NCBI GenBank assembly: GCA_964549075.1
Contig: CAZJUB010000003.1
Coordinates: 24,283-88,282, forward strand
Length of the DNA stretch: 64,000 nucleotides
Origin: an uncultured archaeon
GTDB taxonomy: Archaea; Asgardarchaeota; Heimdallarchaeia; Heimdallarchaeales; Heimdallarchaeaceae
Direction: 5' to 3'
Shown: piece by piece, positions 10,584 to 19,553 of the stretch
Numbering within the stretch: the stretch's first letter is position 1
How the letters are laid out: every line of letters begins with the position of its first letter
Made by a program: the position numbers and the translations under genes
Notes under the pieces: generated by a model
Seen by the model: the letters and a program-made list of their open reading frames with translations, nothing else
Database searches by the model: none
What the model was told of the DNA's origin: nothing

Positions 10584-11906
10584 TTAAGTCCCACCATAAA
10601 AAATCGAAAAAACAATTCCTTGAAGTGTTAATGTCAGATAAATAGCAACACCTACTGCTAGTAGAGAGGGAATTCTAGTTCTAGATGGTGAGACTCTAGT
10701 TACACCTAATCCAAGATATAACAGAAAACCATAGAAAAAGATATTCAGAGGAATAGAGGAGAAAAGCTGGAACGTAAGTAATTGTCTTTCTGAATTGTAT
10801 AGAGCTATATCTCTTGGATGAAAACCTATACCTTCTAAGTATTTCACACCAATGAAGATGTAACACATAATATAAATGTAAATTGCAATAGATGCAATGA
10901 ACATGGCATTCTTGTATATTTTACCCCACTTCTTCTCTCCAAGAATTAAAGAATAGATTAGAGGGAAAATGAAAACCCATGAAAACCATGCAAATACACC
11001 TAACCACATTTGATCTCCAACATCACTCTCGCTGAAATTAGTGAAATCAAAATCCTTCGTATAACCTTCGATTAATGAACCTGGAAACAATGGTCTCGCT
11101 TTTAACTCGACAAAGAATGCTCCGGCGAACATCATAAAACTAACATAAACTATGAAAGAAGTGAGTATATTAATCAAGAAATAGTTAGGTAGTAATTCTG
11201 CATAGCTTGCTCTTGTAGGTCTTGTTATGTAATCTCGACTGAATCGGAAAGTATCTTTAACATTTGTAAATCTGAATAAGAGAAATACAGCTATTGCTGG
11301 GATCGCTATAACTGCAACAAGGAAGAGTATATTGAGAATCAAAGTTACAGGTGTAGATAAAGTTCCTATTAATCTATCCCAGATAAATGTTCTGATGTCA
11401 AAATCAATAAAACCTTTAATCGGAGGAGAACCGAAAATGAGTAAAGAATACCAGCTTATAACAAGTGCTACGAAAAATGTTCCAAGATAATCCCATATAC
11501 GGAATTTCTTTTTCTGAGTGTCCAAATACCATAATTTCTGATATATGATCTCATTAGCATCAGTTACAAAGTCAGTCAGTACTAATCCATCGATTCTTAC
11601 ATCTCCATATTTTTCATAGAATCTTTTTGCTATCATATTAAGCAAATCTTCAGTGTCTTTGATGTCCATTCTTTTATCTACTGTAAGGACAAATAAGAGA
11701 TCCCCTTTTTCTTCTTGAAAAACTATTCTTGATGTGACTAATTCAAATTCTGATATTCTTTCTCTTTGAGTTTCAGATGCCATTGAATAGATAGCACTCA
11801 TCAATCCTCCTGTAAGAGCAACATCAACAGCTTCTTCGGTTTTTTCAAATTCTTGACTGTAGAATATTTGACCATAAGTTGTTAGAATTAGAAGGTTCTT
11901 TATCAA
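10584..11906 (-). CDS. Longin-like domain fused to a ~7-TM membrane domain
   Basis: N-terminus MIKNLLILTTYGQIFYSQEF...LTGGLMSAIYSMASE...IAKRFYEKY matches the Asgard longin pattern; seven hydrophobic segments follow. Confidence 0.65.
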   Translation of the reverse strand: MIKNLLILTTYGQIFYSQEFEKTEEAVDVALTGGLMSAIYSMASETQRERISEFELVTSRIVFQEEKGDLLFVLTVDKRMDIKDTEDLLNMIAKRFYEKYGDVRIDGLVLTDFVTDANEIIYQKLWYLDTQKKKFRIWDYLGTFFVALVISWYSLLIFGSPPIKGFIDFDIRTFIWDRLIGTLSTPVTLILNILFLVAVIAIPAIAVFLLFRFTNVKDTFRFSRDYITRPTRASYAELLPNYFLINILTSFIVYVSFMMFAGAFFVELKARPLFPGSLIEGYTKDFDFTNFSESDVGDQMWLGVFAWFSWVFIFPLIYSLILGEKKWGKIYKNAMFIASIAIYIYIMCYIFIGVKYLEGIGFHPRDIALYNSERQLLTFQLFSSIPLNIFFYGFLLYLGLGVTRVSPSRTRIPSLLAVGVAIYLTLTLQGIVFSIFYGGT

Positions 11907-12004
11907 GGGAATATTCCTCGTATCTTATACACTTAATATAAGAACTATCATTGAAAAATATTGTGTATGTTTCTGTAGAATGAGAGAGGAAAAAGGTGTA
12001 GAAC

Positions 12005-13258
12005 TTATGTACCCTCAAAATAAGCATCTTGGTAAGCAATTTGGTCTTCAGTCAATTCATCTATTTCATATCCCATAAGTCTTAACTTCAGTGTAGCGAT
12101 TTTTTCATCTTGTTCAACAGTGATATCATAGACCTTATTTTCTAGTTCATTTCCTTCCTTTGCTAAGTAAATCAAACTAAGTAATTGATTAGCAAAAGAC
12201 ATATCCATTACTTCTGAAGGATGACCTTCAGCTGCTGACAAATTCACAAGTCTTCCTTTTGCAAGGAGATAAATCCTTCTACCATCCTCCATGAGATATT
12301 CTTCATTGTTCTTTCGCAACTCTCTTTTAGATTTGCTTACTTCCTCTAAATCAACAATATTAATTTCAGCGTCATAATGACCAGTATTGCATACAATAGC
12401 TCCGTCTTTCATGATTTTAAAATGACGCTTTACAAGGATATCTTTCATGCCAGTTGCAGTAATAAATAGGTCTCCTAATTTTGCAGCTGAATCCATTTTC
12501 ATAACTCGAAAACCGTCCATAGCAGCTTTAAGCGCTTGAACTGGATTAACTTCTGTGATTATAACATCAGCTCCAAGTCCTGAAGCATTTTTAGCTAATC
12601 CTTTTCCACAATGACCATACCCAGCTATCACCACAGTTTTACCTGCTATGATTATATTTGTTGAACGAAGAATACCATCTAAAGTAGATTGGCCTGTTCC
12701 ATAAACGTTATCAAAATCACTCTTTGTTTCCGCATCATTTACTGCAATAATAGGATATAGTAATTTTCCTGCTTTATCCATCGCTCTAAGTCTGTGAACA
12801 CCAGTAGTAGTCTCTTCTGTACCACCAATGATTCCTTCAGCAAGTTCTTGATGTTTTGAATGAACGGTAAATATGAGATCAGCTCCATCATCTAGTGTTA
12901 ATGTAGGTCTAAATTCCAGTACTTTGTCAATAGCCCAATAGAATTCTTCAGTATTCATACCATACCAAGCAAAAACAGGTATATTATTCTTAACTAAAGC
13001 TGCTGCAATATCGTCTTTAGTAGAAAGGGGATTACAACCAGACCACGATACTTCTGCTCCTGCTGCAACAAGAGTTTCCACCAAAACAGCAGTCTCTTTA
13101 GTTACATGTAAACATCCAGCAATTTTCTGACCTTTCAATGGCTTTTCTTTTGAAAATCTCTTTCTTAGTTCCATCATTACAGGCATTCGGGATTCTGCCC
13201 AATCTATATTTTTTCGACCTTGTTCAGCTAAATCGATATCTTTAATCTTATAATCCAT
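12005..13258 (-). CDS. ahcY: Adenosylhomocysteinase
   Basis: GCLHVTKETA, CNPLST, EETTTGV, GYGHCGKG and GHPSEVMDMSF motifs. Confidence 0.97.
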   Translation of the reverse strand: MDYKIKDIDLAEQGRKNIDWAESRMPVMMELRKRFSKEKPLKGQKIAGCLHVTKETAVLVETLVAAGAEVSWSGCNPLSTKDDIAAALVKNNIPVFAWYGMNTEEFYWAIDKVLEFRPTLTLDDGADLIFTVHSKHQELAEGIIGGTEETTTGVHRLRAMDKAGKLLYPIIAVNDAETKSDFDNVYGTGQSTLDGILRSTNIIIAGKTVVIAGYGHCGKGLAKNASGLGADVIITEVNPVQALKAAMDGFRVMKMDSAAKLGDLFITATGMKDILVKRHFKIMKDGAIVCNTGHYDAEINIVDLEEVSKSKRELRKNNEEYLMEDGRRIYLLAKGRLVNLSAAEGHPSEVMDMSFANQLLSLIYLAKEGNELENKVYDITVEQDEKIATLKLRLMGYEIDELTEDQIAYQDAYFEGT

Positions 13259-13349
13259 GTTTTACAAATCATATTGAATTTTAAAAATATGTCGAGAATA
13301 GTTTTTTCAAAACACAACATTAATCAATTATTTCGTTTGGTATTAAAAT

Positions 13350-14054
13350 ATGTCTGATAAAGTGTTTCCTCTTATAATAGCTCATAGAGGTGCTTCCAAA
13401 GATGGATATCAAAATTCCATAGAAGCATTTCAGCTAGCTGTTGATCAAAAAGCAGATATGATAGAACTAGATATACATCTTACAAAAGATAACCATTTTG
13501 TTGTTCACCATGATAATGATTTGAATTATAAAGGTAATTCATATCCAATAAAATCTACAACTTTAGAAAAAATCCAATCTTTCAGATTACCAAACGATGA
13601 ACCGATTCCCTTGTTCAAAGATGTGTTAGAGCGATTTCACAAATTAATTCGTTTTAATATTGAAATAAAGTGCAATATTCAACGAAATCAGTTTGATGAC
13701 CTGCTCAAAGAAGTCGGTATTAATACGTTTGAAACTGTCGTAAGTTCTTTCTTGCATGAGGTACATATGGAATTAAAAGAAACAGATTTAGAATACCAAT
13801 TAGCCTATCTTTATTTCTTTCCAACTTCTCATAATAAACGTGCTGCAAAGAATGAGTTTATAGCTGCCATGAACCCATTTGCAGGATTTATGAGAAAGAA
13901 AGTGGTTAAATTTTATCACAACTTAGGGAAGAAAGTTTATCCTTGGACAGTTGATGATGAAAAAACCATCAAACGTCTAGTATCATACAATGTTGATGGA
14001 ATAATAACAAATAGACCAAAAGAAACTAGAAAATTCATAGAATCCATTATCTAG
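13350..14054 (+). CDS. Glycerophosphodiester phosphodiesterase (GDPD family)
   Basis: IAHRGAS, ELDIHLTKD, HD, NIEIK, WTVD and DGIITN motifs. Confidence 0.92.
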   Translation: MSDKVFPLIIAHRGASKDGYQNSIEAFQLAVDQKADMIELDIHLTKDNHFVVHHDNDLNYKGNSYPIKSTTLEKIQSFRLPNDEPIPLFKDVLERFHKLIRFNIEIKCNIQRNQFDDLLKEVGINTFETVVSSFLHEVHMELKETDLEYQLAYLYFFPTSHNKRAAKNEFIAAMNPFAGFMRKKVVKFYHNLGKKVYPWTVDDEKTIKRLVSYNVDGIITNRPKETRKFIESII

Positions 14055-14059
14055 TTTCT

Positions 14060-14785
14060 TTAATAATATTTTATTAAAGAGAAAGTATATTCTTGCCATT
14101 CAGCAATTTCATTAACTTTTTTCAATAACTCTTCACTAAGATTTTCTTCTACATTAAAAATCATGCTCACAATTTCAGGATTATACCCATTTTCTATGAT
14201 TTTCTTGTAGTCAGTAGGTTCTTCTATTATTTCTAATTGAAAAACATCATTGCTAGAGACCATCAGTTCAATAATTTCAGGTTTGGGATCCTCCTGGACT
14301 TTATTATATATACCAACGAATTCTGTTTTTCTTTCCAACTCTTTACTCACACGAAGAATAGCAACATTATATCCCCCTTCATCTGTAAATAGAGGTATTA
14401 ACCAAAAGGATTGGCTAGGTAAAGTGATTTCAACACTTGAACAGTTATTTTTTGCGACTAAATCCTCAACTTCATTAATAATCCCTTCTGCAATTTGATT
14501 ATTCTGGTCTTCGGAACGAATAACAATCTCATCTATTGAAAGTATGACTGTAGTAGTCTTTTTTCCAGTGTCTTCATCTTCCTCTACTTCTTTTTCAATT
14601 AACCAAATAATATATCCACAAATATGATTTCCATAGTTAATTAAGCTAAGTTTAGATTCTTTGTTTTCTAATGTCGCTTCTACAAACATTTCATTTGTCA
14701 CTTGGTTTCCATAAAGTTCGTTAAGAAGAGTCTGCAGCTCTTGTGAACCAGTTGGGGATTTAAGTTCCTGAAACATTTCAATCAA
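14060..14785 (-). CDS. GNAT-fold acidic protein with unknown C-terminal domain
   Basis: ICGYII...LSIDEIVIRSEDQNNQIAEGII resembles GNAT motif A but lacks the GxG; F...GGY resembles motif B. Confidence 0.5.
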   Translation of the reverse strand: MIEMFQELKSPTGSQELQTLLNELYGNQVTNEMFVEATLENKESKLSLINYGNHICGYIIWLIEKEVEEDEDTGKKTTTVILSIDEIVIRSEDQNNQIAEGIINEVEDLVAKNNCSSVEITLPSQSFWLIPLFTDEGGYNVAILRVSKELERKTEFVGIYNKVQEDPKPEIIELMVSSNDVFQLEIIEEPTDYKKIIENGYNPEIVSMIFNVEENLSEELLKKVNEIAEWQEYTFSLIKYY

Positions 14786-14849
14786 TGTAATAGTTAGAAC
14801 TAAATAAAATTATGCTTTTTAACTATAGAATATTAGTAGTATTAAATAT

Positions 14850-14873
14850 AATAAAAAAGAAGAGAAAAAGAGA
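14850..14873 (-). terminator. Probable archaeal U-rich terminator after the pilin gene
   Basis: Pyrimidine/T run (TCTCTTTTTCTCTTCTTTTTT on the minus strand) directly after the stop codon. Confidence 0.45.
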
Positions 14874-15299
14874 TTATGTTGCTGTTGGAGTAACTTCAGC
14901 TTGAGCATATATTGTTGAATCTCCAGCTGTGAAATAGATGTTGATACTATACTTTACTCCACTTGTAAATGAACCAACAAATTCAATTTGTCCAATCTCT
15001 CCATTACCTATTCCTGTACCTGTTGATGTTACTGGTGCAAGATACGCAATATCTGGAGATGTTGTAATCGTACCATTAAACGTAATATCTGCTGCTTGAG
15101 CTTGAACTGTTACGATAATTGTGAAGTTACCATCTAATTCTTCTTCAAAACTGCTTCCAGTTACGAGTGCGGTTGGAGCAGGATTTAACATTGGTATCAC
15201 AACAAGAAATACTATTGCTGCTGCTGCTGTTACCAGTGCAATCAGTAAAACTGTTGCGATGACTGGAGATACTCCTCGTTTTTTCATTTTTTTGTTCAC
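14874..15299 (-). CDS. Archaeal type IV pilin (class III signal peptide)
   Basis: KKRG|VSPVIATVLLIALVTAAAAIV is a PibD/ArlK cleavage site followed by a hydrophobic helix and a short beta-rich domain. Confidence 0.9.
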   Translation of the reverse strand: MNKKMKKRGVSPVIATVLLIALVTAAAAIVFLVVIPMLNPAPTALVTGSSFEEELDGNFTIIVTVQAQAADITFNGTITTSPDIAYLAPVTSTGTGIGNGEIGQIEFVGSFTSGVKYSINIYFTAGDSTIYAQAEVTPTAT

Positions 15300-15401
15300 C
15301 CTTAAAACTATAAGTAATCAATTCAAGATTCCGAAAGATTACTTAAAAAAGTAGCGATAGTTTTTTCACATCACCTAATTGATAGTGAAAATACTGAAGG
15401 A

Positions 15402-15530
15402 TTGAACATTAACAATCATTTATGATTTGATTCTTGAACTTAGAAAGTTCTCTACCTTTGTTAGATTATCGAAGTTCGAAACTCCATCTAAGTGGGTAAA
15501 CCACATACCCTCCTACACCGTAATCAGCTG
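15402..15530 (-). mobile_element. Relic 3' end / right end of an IS200/IS605-family tnpB element
   Basis: The minus strand encodes ADYGVGGYVVYPLRWSFELR* (stop at 15466-15468), homologous to the TnpB tail near 20800. Hairpins occur at 15494-15510, 15436-15450 and 15414-15427, and a TTCAA ends at 15402. Confidence 0.6.
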
Positions 15531-15606
15531 TAGTATGAAATCTTGATCAATCTTGCCAACAAGAAATTTTGGGATAATTTTTGAAAGGGAAATTGACGAA
15601 GAACTT

Positions 15607-15858
15607 ATGTTAATAAGAATAGGCATAGCAGCTCAGTTACAAGGAGTGTCAGCGAGTACACTAAGAAGATGGGAGAAAGACGGAAAAATGCTCCCCTACG
15701 GAAGGACAAGGGGAGGACACAGAAGATATAAACTCTCCCAGAGTGTAGAACAAAAACAGGGATGGAAAATAACGAGAATCTTCACCGATATCGCTTCAGG
15801 GATGAATACTTTAACCCTCATCATTCAATGTACAATAATTTACTATAAAAACTCCTAA
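15607..15858 (+). pseudogene. IS607-family serine transposase (TnpA) remnant, internally deleted and truncated
   Basis: MerR-like HTH (IGIAAQLQGVSASTLRRWEKDGK..RTRGGHRRY) is joined directly to IFTDIASGMN; the catalytic YARVS segment and the C-terminus are absent. Confidence 0.85.
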
Positions 15859-15933
15859 TTTCTATTCTCAATGTTTTAAAATTCCAAAATTCAAAAAATG
15901 TAATCATTTATATGTGTTGGTGTTCTTATAATA

Positions 15934-16638
15934 TTGAAGCAAATGGATACCCCTACTAATATAATTTTTAGGTCTTTAACTGCTATTTATGCAGGAACTA
16001 TTAGTGGTGATTCTCTCTATCCTGCTCTTTATTTTACTGAAACACAAAAACCAAGTACATACTATGGATTCAGACTTCAGGAAGTTATTCCTACTAGATT
16101 AATCCTTAGAATTTATAGTGAAGGAAAGAAAACTATTGCTGATTTACTATGGCTAGTAGATAATGCAAAAGTTCTTTCAAATAATCATGCTCATCTTATA
16201 GAAAAATCTAAAGAAATCCTAGTTGAAGGTGAGTCTAAGGAATACATCTCTCAAATAAAAAACGATGCTACAATATCTGCTTGTTATGAAGATTTGCTTT
16301 TTCTCCCTAATTTCTTCGATTATGTAATCATCGGTACTCCTAATTGGGCACCAGATGAAATACTATCAAAAACAAAATTGAACATTAGAAACATTCCAAC
16401 TAAGATTTATGCTTTTTCGAGAACTATCCTGAATACCAAAGAACTCGAAGATGAGCATTATCAAGATAAACTTATAAACAGTTATTTAGCAATGATTGAT
16501 TTGGTTCATCGATTATTTGAGTTAATGTCTAAACAATCTCAAAAACTAAATGGTGATCTGGTTTTTTGTGTTAGATGTGGACAAGAACTCCCTTCTAGTT
16601 CTATTTATTGTCCTATCTGTGGTAGTAAACAAAATTAA
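15934..16638 (+). CDS. Hypothetical protein with C-terminal zinc ribbon
   Basis: FCVRCG...YCPICG at the C-terminus. Confidence 0.7.
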   Translation: MKQMDTPTNIIFRSLTAIYAGTISGDSLYPALYFTETQKPSTYYGFRLQEVIPTRLILRIYSEGKKTIADLLWLVDNAKVLSNNHAHLIEKSKEILVEGESKEYISQIKNDATISACYEDLLFLPNFFDYVIIGTPNWAPDEILSKTKLNIRNIPTKIYAFSRTILNTKELEDEHYQDKLINSYLAMIDLVHRLFELMSKQSQKLNGDLVFCVRCGQELPSSSIYCPICGSKQN

Positions 16639-16640
16639 TC

Positions 16641-16982
16641 TTAAGTATGATATAGTATTTCTGCTCTTTCTATCAATTCTAGAGTGTCTGTTTGACCTGC
16701 TAAATCCCGAGCATTAGGTGAAAAATTGTTTGCTATAATGAAACCTCCACTCAAGTTTGAACGTTGGACTAATCTCTCTATGTGGATTATTTTATCAGTA
16801 CCCACACTTCTCTTCCAATCAAGAACCCAGACACCTACTAGAAGTTCTTTTATGATAATAAGAAAATCAATTGCATGTTTTGAAGGACCTTGAATTAAAG
16901 ATAAGTCATGAGAGATGGAGCCAAAGTTTTTGAGGTATTCTAGAGATAGTTCAATGAGAGGTTTGTTTCGGTCAAAGCTCAT
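16641..16982 (-). CDS. Small Mrr/restriction-endonuclease-fold protein
   Basis: AIDFLI..VGVWVLDWKRSVGTDKI..GGFIIANNFSPNARDLA follows the Mrr_cat layout. Confidence 0.55.
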   Translation of the reverse strand: MSFDRNKPLIELSLEYLKNFGSISHDLSLIQGPSKHAIDFLIIIKELLVGVWVLDWKRSVGTDKIIHIERLVQRSNLSGGFIIANNFSPNARDLAGQTDTLELIERAEILYHT

Positions 16983-17035
16983 AAACCTCCAATAGACAAT
17001 AGATATTAAAAACTTTGTATGAATTATTTTATTTT

Positions 17036-17347
17036 CTATTCTACTAACACTTCAAGATTTTTGTCGTTAACTTGCAATATCCATTTTCCAGCATGAGGGA
17101 AAGTGATATTGACCTCTTTTATGAATTTCTTTGTCACTTGAGCAGCCATCACATTTGGATCTCTCTTTACCCAGATTTTGACGGAAATATTGTTTTTAGG
17201 ATTATTTATATCTACACTTTCTCTTTGTACCTCCCAAGCTGGATCTGACAACATTCCTTCTATAAATAATGTTATCTCTTCTCCCTTTATTGGTGTTGAA
17301 GCAATATTAAGCTGTGTTATATTCGCTAATTTCTGCAATTGTTTCAT
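17036..17347 (-). CDS. Hypothetical small beta-sandwich protein
   Basis: 103-aa ORF with alternating beta pattern (MAAQVTKKF, GKWILQVND); possibly PrcB-C-like. Confidence 0.55.
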   Translation of the reverse strand: MKQLQKLANITQLNIASTPIKGEEITLFIEGMLSDPAWEVQRESVDINNPKNNISVKIWVKRDPNVMAAQVTKKFIKEVNITFPHAGKWILQVNDKNLEVLVE

Positions 17348-17440
17348 AGGTTATATTAGATATTATGGTTTTTAATCTTGCTGATTTTTTATGTACATTA
17401 AAAGAAAATATTTTTTAACACCCCATGTGAGAGACATTTA

Positions 17441-18661
17441 ATGTCTGATGAAGAAGAAAGTGATACTTTTCAGAAAATTAAGAATTACCTGAAGAGACTT
17501 ATTGCTGATATCGATACAAAAGAAGTGTTTTCTCTACTTATTTTTGCAATTATTATCTTCTTTGTTTTTAAGCTGATGTTTGGAGGAATCTTTGGAATCT
17601 CACTTGTTGTAATTGAAAATGGACCTTGTCCAGCTTCCTCTATGTGTCCAACTTATGATAAAGGAGATATGTTTGTTATTAGTAAATCTTCTCCTGAAAA
17701 AATCGAGATGGGAGATGTTATAGTTTACGAATCTGCTAGTTCGTACGATCCTGGTAGACTCATAATACATAGAGTCATCAATATCACAATTATAGATGCG
17801 TCTTCTGGTCCTGAATATTATTTTAGGGTGAGTGGAGATAATTATAATACTAATGATAATATAGATCATTATAATACATCTAATACACTTATCCCTTATG
17901 ATGCTGTAAAAGGTAAAACTATAATGGTAATCAGAAAAATCGGTTATCTACGACTTTGGTTATCAGATAATCCTTTTATCCGTAATATCCTTCTTGTTTT
18001 GGTAATTGGTGTAGGTGCTTATCTGATTCTTGCTCCTGAAAAGAAAACAGAAGAAGAGAAAGAAGCAGAAGAAAAAGAAAAAGCAGCAAAGAAGGAGAAG
18101 AGAGAAGCTCAAAAAAATAAAGAATTCAAAGTGCGAGTGAAAGAATTCTCACTTAATTCTTGGAAAAATACAAAGAAGTGGTTTGTGGAGCTAATAACAG
18201 TCAAGAAAAAAAGAATATATCTAATTTCAATTACCTCTATAATACTTCTCATGGTTATCTTGATTCCTGTTATTGATCAGAGTATTAGGGTAGAAGGTGC
18301 GACTACCGGAATACATGGTATCTCTAGTTTACGGTTAGATGATCTTACTTACGCCTCTGAAGGTATTATATTCCTAGCTTATAATATCCATTATAGTGAT
18401 GATGGTTCTTGGAATGAAGTTTTCAGATGCTTTTTAGTAGAAGGGATTCAAAATAATACGGTTATAGGTACGTTTAGGTGGAAAGCGTTATACCAACCTG
18501 AAGTAGACGGAATTTTAGGCGGATCAATGATCTTTGATATTAGCCAATTTAATGCGAGTATGAGTCTTACTCTAAAAATAACTTACAATATTATACACAG
18601 ATTTGGTCCAGACCAAATTGGTCTAGTCTATCAAGATACTTTTACAGCTTTAGATTGGTAA
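17441..18661 (+). CDS. sec11: Signal peptidase I (Sec11/S26B type) with fused C-terminal TM and extracellular domain
   Basis: SMCPTYDKGD (catalytic Ser), IIHRV (His) and GDN motifs, followed by an extra ~200-aa C-terminal extension. Confidence 0.85.
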   Translation: MSDEEESDTFQKIKNYLKRLIADIDTKEVFSLLIFAIIIFFVFKLMFGGIFGISLVVIENGPCPASSMCPTYDKGDMFVISKSSPEKIEMGDVIVYESASSYDPGRLIIHRVINITIIDASSGPEYYFRVSGDNYNTNDNIDHYNTSNTLIPYDAVKGKTIMVIRKIGYLRLWLSDNPFIRNILLVLVIGVGAYLILAPEKKTEEEKEAEEKEKAAKKEKREAQKNKEFKVRVKEFSLNSWKNTKKWFVELITVKKKRIYLISITSIILLMVILIPVIDQSIRVEGATTGIHGISSLRLDDLTYASEGIIFLAYNIHYSDDGSWNEVFRCFLVEGIQNNTVIGTFRWKALYQPEVDGILGGSMIFDISQFNASMSLTLKITYNIIHRFGPDQIGLVYQDTFTALDW

Positions 18662-18685
18662 AAAATAGTTGTTATGTGAGAAACC

Positions 18686-19552
18686 TCACATAATTTCTTT
18701 CATTTTTCCTGCTATCTCACCAGGAGTTCTAACTGTCGTTATACCAGCTTCACTCAGAATTCTCATTTTTTCTTTAGCAGTTCCAGATTTTCCATGAACA
18801 ATGGCTCCAGCATGACCCATCTGTTTTCCTGGAGGAGCAGTTTGTCCTGCTATAAATCCAAAAACGTGTTTGCTTATATCAGTTTTAACCAAATCAGCAG
18901 CTTCTTGTTCTCCAGTACCACCAATCTCGCCAACTAAAACTATCGATTTTGTCTGTGGATCATCTTCAAACCATCTAAGACATTCATTAAAACCAATTCC
19001 TTTAATTGGATCTCCACCTAAACCTACACAAGTAGATTGACCAAAACCGTTAATGGATAAATTCTGAATGATTTCATAGGTTAGGGTACCACTCCGACTT
19101 ACGATACCAACTTCTCCTTTATGACAGATTTCTCCAGGTATAATACCTATCTTTGATGCACCTGGCGTTATTAATCCTGGGCAATTGGGACCTACCATAA
19201 GAACATCATTTTCCAGTGCTCTCTGTCTGATTCTGGCTGTATCTTTAACAGGAACACCTTCTGTAATTACTGTCATGAGTTTGATTCCAGCATCAATTGC
19301 CTCTAAAGCTGCACCATAAGCAAATTTTGCTGGAATGAATATAACTGATGCAGTAGCTTGAGTAGCTTCAACAGCTTCTTTCACACTATCAAAGACTGGA
19401 ACACCAAGATGTTCTTGACCTCCCTTACCTGGAGTGACGCCAGCAACAACTTTTGTTCCATAGTCAATCATTGATCTTGCATGAAAAGTCCCTTGTTTTC
19501 CAGTTATTCCTTGAACAATAACTTTTGTATTTTCATCTAATAGAATTGCCAT
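18686..19552 (-). CDS. sucD: Succinyl-CoA synthetase alpha subunit
   Basis: VQGITG, GPNCPG, SRSGTLTYE and MGHAGA (phospho-His); start placed at MAILLD after a GGAGG-like site. Confidence 0.96.
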   Translation of the reverse strand: MAILLDENTKVIVQGITGKQGTFHARSMIDYGTKVVAGVTPGKGGQEHLGVPVFDSVKEAVEATQATASVIFIPAKFAYGAALEAIDAGIKLMTVITEGVPVKDTARIRQRALENDVLMVGPNCPGLITPGASKIGIIPGEICHKGEVGIVSRSGTLTYEIIQNLSINGFGQSTCVGLGGDPIKGIGFNECLRWFEDDPQTKSIVLVGEIGGTGEQEAADLVKTDISKHVFGFIAGQTAPPGKQMGHAGAIVHGKSGTAKEKMRILSEAGITTVRTPGEIAGKMKEIM

Positions 19553-19553
19553 C

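Noticed and set aside
18038-18125. Purine-rich quasi-repeat (GAAAAAGAAG...)
   Set aside because: It simply encodes the E/K-rich linker of the signal peptidase.
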